Source of the DNA: Marinifilum sp.
Lineage (GTDB): Bacteria; Bacteroidota; Bacteroidia; Bacteroidales; CG2-30-32-10
NCBI GenBank assembly: GCA_020718065.1
Contig: DYDE01000004.1
Coordinates: 9,012 to 73,011, forward strand
Length of the DNA: 64,000 nucleotides
Direction: 5' to 3'
Below are positions 38,323 to 48,600 of this stretch, one piece after another. Made by a program: the position numbers and the translations under genes. Every line of letters begins with the position of its first letter. The stretch's first letter is position 1. The notes beneath the pieces are model-generated. The model saw nothing but the letters and a program-made list of their open reading frames with translations, was not told the DNA's origin and did no database searches.

Positions 38323-41300
38323 ATGAGATTATTATTAAATATACTGATTATACTTTTTATTCCACTAATGTTAGCAGCTCAACCTGCCGGAAATGAATGG
38401 ATAAACTATAACCAGCAGTATTTTAAATTTAATGTTTCCCAGGATGGGGTTTATAAAATTAATTACAGTACGCTTTATAATTCAGGATTCCCAATAACAA
38501 GTGTTGACCCAAGAAGCATTCAGATTTTCGGAAGAGGATTAGAACAATATACATATGTCAGGGGACAGAGCGACGGAGTATTTAATACAGATGATTTTAT
38601 TGAAGTCTATTGCAAAAAGAATGATGGTTGGTTTGATACCTATTTATATACAAATGCAGCAGATCAACCAAATCTCAATTACAGTATGTTTAACGATACT
38701 GCTACTTATTACATTACCTGGAACACTTCAATAAATAACAAAAGGATGCAATTAGAAACTGACCAAAACTTTGGCAGTTACACTCCTGCAAACTATTTTA
38801 TGAAAGTTTCCCGTCAGGATTATACCAATACTTATTTTTCAGGTAACCCTAAAATACATTCTCTGGTAACTTTACCGGAATATACTACCGGAAAAGGCTG
38901 GTTCGATCCCGGCTTCTATATGACAAGCGGTTTAACAACACCAACCATTGTTCCGCTTTCTAAAAATGTATCTACCAGCAATTATTATTCTACAGGTCCA
39001 AATGCTGTAATTAAATTTTTATTGGTTGGGGCTTCTAATTATATATTGGCAACTCCCGATCACCATGCCCGAATTGTATTTGCAGGTATTACCATTGACA
39101 CGATTTATGAAGGATACATTCAAAAGTTATTCACACGTTCATTACCTCCAACTTATTTGGGAGCCAGCAGTACTGCCTTTACATTTACACCTATAAATGA
39201 CCAGCACAGTGATGTAGATAGAAATACAATAGCATATATTGATATTAAGTACCCTCATACATTTAACTTAGAAAATTCAACTTCTTACACCATGTTTGTT
39301 CCAAATGCAGCACAAACAAAAGCATATTTAAATATGACATATCTGAATATAGCAGCATCTGATTCAGTCCATCTTTATGATATAACAAATCATAAAAGGA
39401 TAAAAGTGGTTCGTGTCGAAGCAACTCCAAGTCCATATCACAAGGTTCTAGTCCCTAATGGTAGTGGAGAAAAGGAATGTTTTATTACTTCTGATAATCA
39501 ATTGAATGTTGTTACATCATTATTACCAGTTAATACAAATCAATCTTCTTATGCTAAGTTTACTAATTTTGGATTACCTTCTTATTCCAATACCGATTAT
39601 CTTATTATATCGCATAAAAGTTTGTGGAACGAAGCCGAAAGCTACAAAACTTACAGATCGTCAAATCCTCCATTTTTTAATGTTTTATTAGCTGATATTG
39701 ATGAATTATATGATCAGTTTTCTTATGGAATAAAAAAAAACCCACTTGCTATAAGAAACTTCTGCCGCTATAGCATTTCACATTTTACATCTCCTCCAAA
39801 ATATCTTTTCCTGATTGGAAAATCTTATAAGGCAGGGAATTCTTCAACAGCAAACACTTGTTATCGAAATAATTCTGATTACTATAATGGCACTTTGGTT
39901 CCTTCAATGGGAGATCCTCCTTCTGACAATCTTTTCACATCAGGAATAAATGATATTCTTTACAAACCTGCTATACCTACAGGCCGATTAAGTGCCTATA
40001 CTCCTCAAGATGTTTCTATATACTTAAACAAAGTAATACAATATGAGTTTGCTCAAAAGAATCCTCAATTATGGATGAAAAACATTCTTCATTTCGGAGG
40101 TGGAGGAAATTCATCAGAACAAGCAATTTTGGCTGCTTACCTTAACAATTATAAAAGAATTATTCAAGACACCTTATTTGGTGGTTACGTGAGAACATTT
40201 TTGAAAACTTCTTCTGCCCCGATTCAGATCAATCAATCAGATTCTTTAAAAAGTATTATTAACAATGGTGTTTCGTTAATGACATTTTTTGGGCATGCTG
40301 CTGGCATTGGATTTGACCAAAGTATAGATGACCCTCATGAGTATAATAATTATGGAAAGTATCCTTTTTTATTGGCAAATTCTTGCTTTGCGGGTGATAT
40401 TTTTAGTGTTGGTGCGATTTCAAGTGAAGCTTTTATTTTAATTGAAAACAAAGGTTGCATTGGGTATTTAGGAACAGTTGCAGTTGCAGGTGCTTTTGAA
40501 TTAAATTCCTATTCTGACGAATTATATAAAAATATAACCTATCAGAATTATGGAAAATCGATTGGTTTGACCATGCAACAAACAATAAAAACATTACAAA
40601 ACAACAACCCAAACAACGATTATATTAAACATGTTTGTTATAGTATGACTTTGCATGGAGATCCTGCAATTATTCCTAACTCACAGCCTAAGCCCGATTA
40701 TGAAATAACAGTTTCAAATGTATATTACAATCCTTATACGATCACATCAGCTGTTGATTCTTTTTTAGTTAATATTATAATAACAAATCTGGGCAAAGCC
40801 ATAGAGGATTCTTTTAAAGTAGAATTAACCAGAAGCTATCCGGAAGGAAATGTTCAGGATGTTTATATAAAAAACATAACTGCTACTAAATACAAAGACA
40901 CAATCTCTTTTAAGCTTCCTGTTGATATTACTAAAGGCATTGGGATGAATTATCTGAAAATTTATTTAGATTCTTATAATGAAATAGCTGAATTAAATGA
41001 GAATAACAATATAGCTAATGTTGATTTATTTATTCAATCTGCTGATATTATTCCTGTTTATCCATATAAATATGCTATTATTCCTTCGCAGAATGTAACA
41101 TTAAAGGCGTCTATAGGTATGTTCACAACTCAGACTACGAATTACATTTTTGAAATAGACACAACAGACAGTTTTAACAGTCCTTTTAAAATTGGTGAAA
41201 TTGTTACCCATACAGGAGGTGGAGTTGTTAATTATAACCCTCAGCTATTGATGAGAGACAGCACTGTATATTATTGGCGGGTAAGGTTGCAACCGACGAA

Positions 41301-43407
41301 TGGTATCTATAATTGGCGCGAAAGTTCATTTCAATATATAAATGGCAGACGAGGATGGAGTCAGGCTCACTTTTTTCAATACAAAAACGATGAATACCAA
41401 TATATAACTTTCAACCGATCGTTAAGAAATTTTGAATTTGTAAATAATTATAAAAGTATAAATATTCAAACAGGGTATTATCCAAATATTTCCTGGTTAG
41501 AAGAATGGTATAAAATAAATTCAACCATTCAATCTTACTGGTCTTGTACAGACTACGATGGCAATGGCATTAAATTTGCCGTTATAAATCCTGTATCTGG
41601 AGTGCCCTGGGTTAGTCGAATATCGCAAGTTGTTAATGAGATTGGAATATATGGAAACCATCATTGCTTAACTTATGATGTACCTGCTTTTGATTTCTAC
41701 ACAGCCGAACCAACCCATCCTCCACAAGTAGTTCTTAATGATACTGTATGGTTTAACAGAATGTCTGCATTTCTCGAAGGAATACCAAATGGTTATTATG
41801 TTTTAGCATATAGTCATAGAAGTGTAAATGCTCCAAATTTCAATGAACGTCTGAAATTGGCATTTGAATCAATAGGCAGTGCATATATAAGAACAATTCC
41901 CAGCGACCACCCTTATATTATATTTGGAATTAAAGGTGCAAATATTGGAGATGCAAAGGAAGTGATAGCTCCTAATATAGAGTCCATCATCATACATAGA
42001 GATAGTGTTAAAACAAAATGGAATGAAGGTTTTATTGAATCTGAATTGATAGGCCCATCTATAAAATGGAAATCTATTCACTGGAGCAAGACAAGCAATG
42101 ATGCTGTTTTAAAAGATTCTATCAGATTAAGTGTACTTGGTATTAAATTATCAGGAGCAATTGATACACTCATTTCCGGGCTTCCTCCAGATTCGGCTGA
42201 TATTTATAATTTAGAAAACAGGATTAATGCAAGCATTTATCCTTACATGAAATTAGTTGTGGTTATGAGAGATGATTCTTTTCACACTCCAGCTCAAATG
42301 AAAAGATGGCAGGTAATATTTGATGGCGTTCCAGAAACTGCTTTAGACCCTTCTGTACATTATTCCTTTTACAAAGACACAATACAGGAAGGTGAGAACC
42401 TGATCTTTTCAACTGCAATTCATAACATCAGCGAATTTGATATGGATAGTTTGCTTGTTAATTATTGGATAATCGACAAAAACAGGCTTGTTCATTCAAT
42501 TCCATATCCAAGACAACGCAAGCATCCCGCAGGTGATATTTTTATTGACACTATAAGCTCTTCAACAAAAGGAATTACAGGAAAAAACAACCTTTGGATT
42601 GAAGTAAATCCTAATAACGATCAATTAGAACAATACCATTTTAATAATATTGGTGCTATTCCGTTCTTTGTTGCAACAGACAGAACAAATCCAATGCTTG
42701 ATGTTACATTTGACGGTGTTCACATAATGAATAATGACATCGTTTCCGCTAAACCACTAATTCAGATTTCTCTTACTGACGAAAATAAATACTTACCACT
42801 AAACGATACTTTAAGTTTTAAGGTGTTTATTCAAAATCCAAATTCAACAACTCCAACCCGAATATATTTTTCAAATCATGGTGTTGAGGTTATGAAATTT
42901 ATACCTGCTTCATTGCCAAATAATTCTTGTAAAATAGAATACAATGGTGTATTTCCTGTTGATGGCATATATCAGTTGATTGTTCAGGCAAGAGATGTTA
43001 CAAATAACAAATCTGGAGATATTGATTACAAAATATCTTTTGAAGTTATTAATAAATCAACCATAACAGATATTGTTAACTGGCCCAATCCTTTCTCAAC
43101 TTCAACACGATTTGTCTTTGTGTTAACAGGTTCCGAAATACCTACTTATTTTAAAATACAAATTATGACCATTACTGGCAAAATTGTAAAGGAAATCAAT
43201 CAGGATGAAATTGGACCGATTCATATTGGCAGAAACATTTCTGCTTATGCATGGGACGGTAAAGATGAATATGGAGACCTTCTGGCTAATGGAGTTTATC
43301 TTTACAGAGTTACTACAAACATTAATGGAAACAAAATTGAGAAAAAAAACACCAGTGCAAGTAAATTTTTTACAAAGGAATTTGGCAAAATGTACATCAT
43401 TCGTTAA
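38323..43407 (+). CDS. PorU-like C25 (gingipain-type) cysteine peptidase, putative T9SS sortase paralogue, 1694 aa
   Basis: PorU-type N-terminus (NEWINYNQQYFKFNVSQDGVYKINYSTLYNSG..DPRSIQIFGRG). C25 core with His (MTFFGHAAG) and Cys (LANSCFAGDIF) motifs. C-terminal beta-sandwich NWPNPFSTSTRFVFVL...ANGVYLYRV. Confidence 0.7.
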   Translation: MRLLLNILIILFIPLMLAAQPAGNEWINYNQQYFKFNVSQDGVYKINYSTLYNSGFPITSVDPRSIQIFGRGLEQYTYVRGQSDGVFNTDDFIEVYCKKNDGWFDTYLYTNAADQPNLNYSMFNDTATYYITWNTSINNKRMQLETDQNFGSYTPANYFMKVSRQDYTNTYFSGNPKIHSLVTLPEYTTGKGWFDPGFYMTSGLTTPTIVPLSKNVSTSNYYSTGPNAVIKFLLVGASNYILATPDHHARIVFAGITIDTIYEGYIQKLFTRSLPPTYLGASSTAFTFTPINDQHSDVDRNTIAYIDIKYPHTFNLENSTSYTMFVPNAAQTKAYLNMTYLNIAASDSVHLYDITNHKRIKVVRVEATPSPYHKVLVPNGSGEKECFITSDNQLNVVTSLLPVNTNQSSYAKFTNFGLPSYSNTDYLIISHKSLWNEAESYKTYRSSNPPFFNVLLADIDELYDQFSYGIKKNPLAIRNFCRYSISHFTSPPKYLFLIGKSYKAGNSSTANTCYRNNSDYYNGTLVPSMGDPPSDNLFTSGINDILYKPAIPTGRLSAYTPQDVSIYLNKVIQYEFAQKNPQLWMKNILHFGGGGNSSEQAILAAYLNNYKRIIQDTLFGGYVRTFLKTSSAPIQINQSDSLKSIINNGVSLMTFFGHAAGIGFDQSIDDPHEYNNYGKYPFLLANSCFAGDIFSVGAISSEAFILIENKGCIGYLGTVAVAGAFELNSYSDELYKNITYQNYGKSIGLTMQQTIKTLQNNNPNNDYIKHVCYSMTLHGDPAIIPNSQPKPDYEITVSNVYYNPYTITSAVDSFLVNIIITNLGKAIEDSFKVELTRSYPEGNVQDVYIKNITATKYKDTISFKLPVDITKGIGMNYLKIYLDSYNEIAELNENNNIANVDLFIQSADIIPVYPYKYAIIPSQNVTLKASIGMFTTQTTNYIFEIDTTDSFNSPFKIGEIVTHTGGGVVNYNPQLLMRDSTVYYWRVRLQPTNGIYNWRESSFQYINGRRGWSQAHFFQYKNDEYQYITFNRSLRNFEFVNNYKSINIQTGYYPNISWLEEWYKINSTIQSYWSCTDYDGNGIKFAVINPVSGVPWVSRISQVVNEIGIYGNHHCLTYDVPAFDFYTAEPTHPPQVVLNDTVWFNRMSAFLEGIPNGYYVLAYSHRSVNAPNFNERLKLAFESIGSAYIRTIPSDHPYIIFGIKGANIGDAKEVIAPNIESIIIHRDSVKTKWNEGFIESELIGPSIKWKSIHWSKTSNDAVLKDSIRLSVLGIKLSGAIDTLISGLPPDSADIYNLENRINASIYPYMKLVVVMRDDSFHTPAQMKRWQVIFDGVPETALDPSVHYSFYKDTIQEGENLIFSTAIHNISEFDMDSLLVNYWIIDKNRLVHSIPYPRQRKHPAGDIFIDTISSSTKGITGKNNLWIEVNPNNDQLEQYHFNNIGAIPFFVATDRTNPMLDVTFDGVHIMNNDIVSAKPLIQISLTDENKYLPLNDTLSFKVFIQNPNSTTPTRIYFSNHGVEVMKFIPASLPNNSCKIEYNGVFPVDGIYQLIVQARDVTNNKSGDIDYKISFEVINKSTITDIVNWPNPFSTSTRFVFVLTGSEIPTYFKIQIMTITGKIVKEINQDEIGPIHIGRNISAYAWDGKDEYGDLLANGVYLYRVTTNINGNKIEKKNTSASKFFTKEFGKMYIIR

Positions 43408-43467
43408 AATTTGTTTTGTATTAAATATTTTTTACCTTAGCATTTACAAACTTTAAACCAATGTATT

Positions 43468-44199
43468 ATGAAAAAATTAATCGCAATTTTAGCAGCTGTT
43501 ATTTTCCTTTTTAACATTGGAAAATCACAAAGTTTACAACCTAAAATAACTTTTAGTGAAGATCCTCAAACACATAATGTGCACATTACTAGTGATGGAC
43601 TAAATTATTACACCTGCAATGGCGGCGTTGCTAGTAAAGGACAAATAAATAAGTTTAGTTTTGAAGGAAAACTATTAGAAAGCTTTCCTATTGAATTAGA
43701 TATGAGATCGATTATGTACTGCAAAAAAGACAAATCCTTTTATGTTAACTGTTTTGATGGAAATATTTACAAAATTATTAATTTGGAGAGTGGAGAATTT
43801 AAGGTCATACTTAAAGATTTTTATGAAAACAAACAAGCTAATTTAGCGCTTAGCCCAAATGGTAAAAACTTATATTATTTTGATGATGGTACACTTAAAA
43901 TATATAGTTTCCCAAAAGGAAAACTAAAAAAGACCTTAATTGGATTTAACCGTGGAAAAGAATTTACTTCTGGTCTATCTTCAGTTGCCGTTGACGAAAA
44001 ACATATTTATACATGGAACTCTACTAAAAGTAAAATATACATTTATGATTTAAAAGGTAAAAGTGTAAAGGATGTTAAAATAAGTGACGGGGATTATGGC
44101 TTTTCGCTCTCATATGCGAATGGACTAATATTTATTTCTACTGATGGTAATTATGATCTGGGAACATGGTATGGTTATGACTTATGGGAAAAAAAATAA
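43468..44199 (+). CDS. hypothetical secreted protein, beta-propeller-like repeats
   Basis: Signal peptide MKKLIAILAAVIFLFNIGKSQ. Recurrent ..G.(I/L)Y(K/I/V)... blade-like segments (NIYKI, LKIYSF, KIYIYDL). Confidence 0.5.
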   Translation: MKKLIAILAAVIFLFNIGKSQSLQPKITFSEDPQTHNVHITSDGLNYYTCNGGVASKGQINKFSFEGKLLESFPIELDMRSIMYCKKDKSFYVNCFDGNIYKIINLESGEFKVILKDFYENKQANLALSPNGKNLYYFDDGTLKIYSFPKGKLKKTLIGFNRGKEFTSGLSSVAVDEKHIYTWNSTKSKIYIYDLKGKSVKDVKISDGDYGFSLSYANGLIFISTDGNYDLGTWYGYDLWEKK

Positions 44200-44238
44200 A
44201 CACTATTTTTTCTTTACAAATCAATTAATTTTCTTTTA

Positions 44239-46590
44239 ATGAATGATTTTTTAAAGGTCTTTCCGTTATCAGACAAAAAAAATATTTTTAATAAATTCTC
44301 TGATCTGATTACCGACATGCTTTTTGAAACCGATATTAAAGGAAATATCATTTTTGTTAGTCAAAATTTTTATTCTTTTTTTGGTTATGATCCTAATGAC
44401 AAAGGTTTAAAATTAAATCTTATAAATTTAATTGATGATGAAGACCATGATAGATTTCAAAATCATTTATCCAGAACAATTAATAAAGAAAAAACAAGTG
44501 ATACTCAATATATTGGAATTAATAAAGCGGAAACAAAGTTCAATATTAATATAAACCTTTTAATTTCTAAACATAATGAACAAAATACTACTGTTCTTGC
44601 AGTAATAAGTAATATTTCAAAGCAAAAAGAAGCAGAAAAAAAGTTGGTTACTAGTAGGCGGAGATTTCGGTTGATAACCGAAAGCACATCGGACGTTATT
44701 TGGATGATGGATCTGCAAATGAAGGAAACCTACATAAGTCCTTCTATTGTCCTACTTACAGGATATGCTGTAGGTGAGTTTAAAAAATTATCTTTTAATA
44801 AAAAGTATTCCCATAAAACAGCAGCGATTTTCAAACAAACTATCTCTTCTCAAATTAAAGATGTAATTAAAAGCAATACATACAATCCCGATTCCTCTAA
44901 AACTTTTGAAGTGGAATATATATGTAAAGATGGCAAATATGTTTGGACAGAAGTAAAAACATCAATCTTATATGATGAGAATGACAGTCTTTTTGGAGTT
45001 ATTGGAGTTACCCGTGATATTACCGAGAGAAAACAAGCTGAAAAATCATTAAGAGAAAGTGAAAAAAACTTCAGACAATTAACAGAAAACATCAATGATG
45101 CATTTTGGCTGAGTAGTTTGGAAAAAAATATTTACATCAATCCTGCATCTGAAGAAATCTGGGGTTGTAAAGCTGAAATTATGTATAACACTCCTTCTAT
45201 TAATCTTCTATACATACATCCTGAAGATTCTGATAGAATTGGTATCATTTTAAATTCCGAAACATATAAAAAAGAAAAAATATTCAATGAACAATACAGA
45301 ATAATAAATCCAGATGGCAAGATCCGATGGATATGGGTAAGAAACTTCCCTATTTATGATACAAACGGAAACATATACAGAGTAGGGGGTATTGCAACAG
45401 ACATAACAGAACAGCTTGCCAATGAAGAATTATCAAAAAACATTGAAATTGCAAAAAGAACAACACAACTGAAACAGCAATTTCTTGCAAATATGAGTCA
45501 CGAAATACGTACTCCTATGACCGGTGTTTTGGGAATGATAGATCTATTAATGACCACAAAATTAGACGAACAACAACAAGAATTCACAAACACTATAAAA
45601 AGTTCAGCCGAGGGTTTGTTGAGTATTTTGAATGATATTTTATTACTTTCTAAAATAGAAGCTGGAAAACTAGAACTTCATCCAGAGAATTTCAATCCAA
45701 ACAATATTCTAAGTCAAATAAAAACCCTTTTTGAACCACTTACAAAATCGAAAAATATTAGTTTGATCATTGAAATTGATAACGACATTCCTAATTACAT
45801 AAGTGCTGATATTGTTAGAGTTAAGCAAATAACTACAAACTTTATATCCAATGCTATTAAGTTTACGGATTATGGATGTATTACGCTTCGGTTTTCTAAA
45901 TTACAAAACATAAATTCATTTTATAAATTTAAAGTTGAAGTAATTGACACTGGTATTGGTATAACTAAAGAAAATCAACAAAAATTATTTTATGTGTTTT
46001 CTCAGGTTAACAATACTTTTAGCCGGAATATTGAGGGTATTGGTTTAGGACTTACTATTTGTAAAGAATTAGCAAACCTTATGGGAGGCGAAATTGGGTT
46101 ATTCAGCAATATAGATGAAGGTAGCAATTTTTGGTTTACTTTTCTGGCTGAAAAAGTTGAAAAACCTGTTATTATTGAAAAAGAAATGCCTGTTATTAAT
46201 TATAAAGAGCTTAATTTAAACATTAAAATTCTGCTTGTCGAAGATACTGTTGTCAATCAGAAAGTTATTAGCATGATGTTAAAAAATATTGGTTGTGAAA
46301 TTGACATAGCATACAATGGTTTAAATGCAATTGAACAATACAAAGAAAATAAATACCATATTATTTTAATGGATATTCAAATGCCGGTAATGGATGGAGT
46401 TGAAACCGTGACCTTTTTAAGAAGAAAATATAAGAATTTACCCCCAATTATTGGCTTAAGTGCTAATGCTATGGAAGGTGATGCTGAAAAGTATATCAAT
46501 TTAGGGATGGATGATTATCTTACCAAACCAATATTTGCAAATATGCTTTATGACAAATTAATAAAATGGGTGAATTATAGAAAACAATAA
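44239..46590 (+). CDS. hybrid sensor histidine kinase/response regulator with multiple PAS domains
   Basis: Three PAS/PAC-like modules, H-box FLANMSHEIRTPMTGVLG, G-boxes in GIGLGLTICKELANLMGGEIG, and a C-terminal receiver (ILLVEDTVVNQ...LMDIQMPVMDG...K). No TM helix is obvious. Confidence 0.9.
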   Translation: MNDFLKVFPLSDKKNIFNKFSDLITDMLFETDIKGNIIFVSQNFYSFFGYDPNDKGLKLNLINLIDDEDHDRFQNHLSRTINKEKTSDTQYIGINKAETKFNININLLISKHNEQNTTVLAVISNISKQKEAEKKLVTSRRRFRLITESTSDVIWMMDLQMKETYISPSIVLLTGYAVGEFKKLSFNKKYSHKTAAIFKQTISSQIKDVIKSNTYNPDSSKTFEVEYICKDGKYVWTEVKTSILYDENDSLFGVIGVTRDITERKQAEKSLRESEKNFRQLTENINDAFWLSSLEKNIYINPASEEIWGCKAEIMYNTPSINLLYIHPEDSDRIGIILNSETYKKEKIFNEQYRIINPDGKIRWIWVRNFPIYDTNGNIYRVGGIATDITEQLANEELSKNIEIAKRTTQLKQQFLANMSHEIRTPMTGVLGMIDLLMTTKLDEQQQEFTNTIKSSAEGLLSILNDILLLSKIEAGKLELHPENFNPNNILSQIKTLFEPLTKSKNISLIIEIDNDIPNYISADIVRVKQITTNFISNAIKFTDYGCITLRFSKLQNINSFYKFKVEVIDTGIGITKENQQKLFYVFSQVNNTFSRNIEGIGLGLTICKELANLMGGEIGLFSNIDEGSNFWFTFLAEKVEKPVIIEKEMPVINYKELNLNIKILLVEDTVVNQKVISMMLKNIGCEIDIAYNGLNAIEQYKENKYHIILMDIQMPVMDGVETVTFLRRKYKNLPPIIGLSANAMEGDAEKYINLGMDDYLTKPIFANMLYDKLIKWVNYRKQ

Positions 46591-46616
46591 GGAAGAAATG
46601 TTAACATTTCCTCCTT
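46589..46616. terminator. hairpin between convergent genes (bidirectional terminator candidate)
   Basis: AAGGAAGAAATGT / TAA / ACATTTCCTCCTT with one mismatch. The flanking A/T runs are weak. Confidence 0.4.
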
Positions 46617-46635
46617 ATTGTATTTTGTATAAGTT

Positions 46636-48453
46636 CTATGCGGCAAATGGATATTCCTTTTTAATGCTATCAAGTAGTTGTTGTTCTTCTATACTAACTG
46701 TACCATCAACTTTTGCTGCTTTTTCCATAAGATGATATATCTTTTTTCTATGCTTTTGATTGTCTGGCATTCTTATAACAAGCTGTCCGCTTTTTGCCAT
46801 TTCAAACATCGGCTGAATTTTATCGAGATTATAACCCCAACGTTTTGCAATTCTCTCGGCCAAAGCTTTTTCTTCAGCATCAAAAACACCATCAGCAGCT
46901 ATCATTATTAAAAGGTTATTTAAAGCAAAATCTCTCACTTCGTATAGACCATCTATCTTATTCGGATTCACAGAACCAACAAAGTCGCTTGAATTATCAC
47001 TAAAATAGCTTTGGTACTCATAAGTATCCATTACCTGAGAAATGATCCATTCGTTCTTTGTGCTGTTTAATTCAGAACCGCAATATTGACATTTAATATC
47101 AATGGTATCTTTAACTTCTCCACCACAACTAGGGCATGAGTGGGCATAAAGCGAACCTTTTGACGTTCCGAAATTTATATCACGAGTAACAAAAACAATC
47201 TCTGTTTTGGAAATTACAGCATAATCAATAAGATTAATAGTTTTGTCTTGAGGCACAACTCTCTGATAAGAAGACTTAACAGCTACCATAAGAACATTCT
47301 TTCCATTTTCTTGTTTTGCGCCAACAAGTGTAACATCGTTCAAGAATAAACGGTTATAAATAAAATTCTCATTTGGTATTTCTTTGCTGAGTGTATCATA
47401 GAGTTCATTTGTTACAAATCTTCTGAGCAAAGTAGGGTCTTTAGCAACACGTGCTGTTTGTATCTGAAGATAACCATTGCTGACTTTGTCTTCAATTTGC
47501 TGAATAGCAAAATCATCAGTAGTTGCAAACATTTCTCTTATTTTTCCTGCCAAATTACCTTCTTTCATCAATTTCGGATTAGCAGATACATAATCATCGG
47601 CTTGTGTAATTTCAGATAAAACCCAATCATAATCACCAAGATTTGTTATAGCTCCACAATATTCACACTTACTAACGTCGCCTGCATTTTGCGATAACTG
47701 AGCTCCGCATTTAGGACAGTTCTGCGAATTAAACATATTGGCTTCCTGTACACCTCGTTTTTTAATAAACGACCAATATTCAACAAACTCCTCGCTACCT
47801 CCCGAATTTAACTGAGGATATGCTTCACTTACAAATCTATCAACAATAGAGGCATGAACGGCAGTATGTATAATATCAATTTTGCCATCGGTTTCGATTT
47901 TATCAATATAAATATTCTTAACAGTAAGTTTGTCAATAGTGTTCTTTTGTTTAAGCAGTTTCATCATTTTAAACTGCGTATTGAAACGCTGATAAACACC
48001 ATCAGAAATAAACTTTCTCACTTTACCAAGGTTTTGTTGTTGCCAAGCATCTTGTATCTGAATGAAAGCCGTTTGAACTTTTTCTTTAAACTTAAACTCA
48101 TCAAATGTAGGGTTGTTTAAAATAAATTGTTCATATCCTTTAACTTTTTGAGTGGGTTTTCCTGTTGGTAACTTATTTAAGATAGATTGCTGTTTAGCCT
48201 TCTTTTTAGCAATAAAATATAAAACAACCACAATTGCTATAATTATAATATTCCAAGGAAAGGGAATCGCCAAAAACAAATAAATCAACAACCCAACAAT
48301 ACCGTCATCACCACCACCACCGCCACCACCGCCGCCGCCACCTGCACGTGCATACACAGCAAGCGATGTTAGCAAAAATAAAGCAGCTAAAAGATTAAAA
48401 CAAATAACTTCTTTGTTGGTTTTCCAAAATTTAGAGCGTCTGTTTTTTTTCAT
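46636..48453 (-). CDS. membrane protein with a Gly11 tract, two Tim44-like domains each carrying a zinc ribbon, and a C-terminal TerB-like domain
   Basis: N-terminal TM helix, AGGGGGGGGGGGDDG, second TM region. Tim44-like pattern (FKEKVQTAFIQIQDAWQQQNLGKVRKFISDGVY...EYWSF) with CPKCGA..CEYCGA. A second copy has CPSCGG..CQYCGS...NEWIISQV. The tail LLIMIAADGVFDAEEKALAERIAKRWG...AAKVDGTVSIEEQQLLDSI resembles TerB/DjlA-N. Confidence 0.6.
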   Translation of the reverse strand: MKKNRRSKFWKTNKEVICFNLLAALFLLTSLAVYARAGGGGGGGGGGGDDGIVGLLIYLFLAIPFPWNIIIIAIVVVLYFIAKKKAKQQSILNKLPTGKPTQKVKGYEQFILNNPTFDEFKFKEKVQTAFIQIQDAWQQQNLGKVRKFISDGVYQRFNTQFKMMKLLKQKNTIDKLTVKNIYIDKIETDGKIDIIHTAVHASIVDRFVSEAYPQLNSGGSEEFVEYWSFIKKRGVQEANMFNSQNCPKCGAQLSQNAGDVSKCEYCGAITNLGDYDWVLSEITQADDYVSANPKLMKEGNLAGKIREMFATTDDFAIQQIEDKVSNGYLQIQTARVAKDPTLLRRFVTNELYDTLSKEIPNENFIYNRLFLNDVTLVGAKQENGKNVLMVAVKSSYQRVVPQDKTINLIDYAVISKTEIVFVTRDINFGTSKGSLYAHSCPSCGGEVKDTIDIKCQYCGSELNSTKNEWIISQVMDTYEYQSYFSDNSSDFVGSVNPNKIDGLYEVRDFALNNLLIMIAADGVFDAEEKALAERIAKRWGYNLDKIQPMFEMAKSGQLVIRMPDNQKHRKKIYHLMEKAAKVDGTVSIEEQQLLDSIKKEYPFAA

Positions 48454-48600
48454 ATTATTTTGTTTTTATAGATTTTAACCAAGTGTTATTTATATCAATT
48501 ATATCGTTTCATTTATAAACTACAATACAAACCTAATCGAAAATTTATTAATATCCAAAAAATCTGCTTAAAATTTCACTTAATTTATATAAATAATTTA

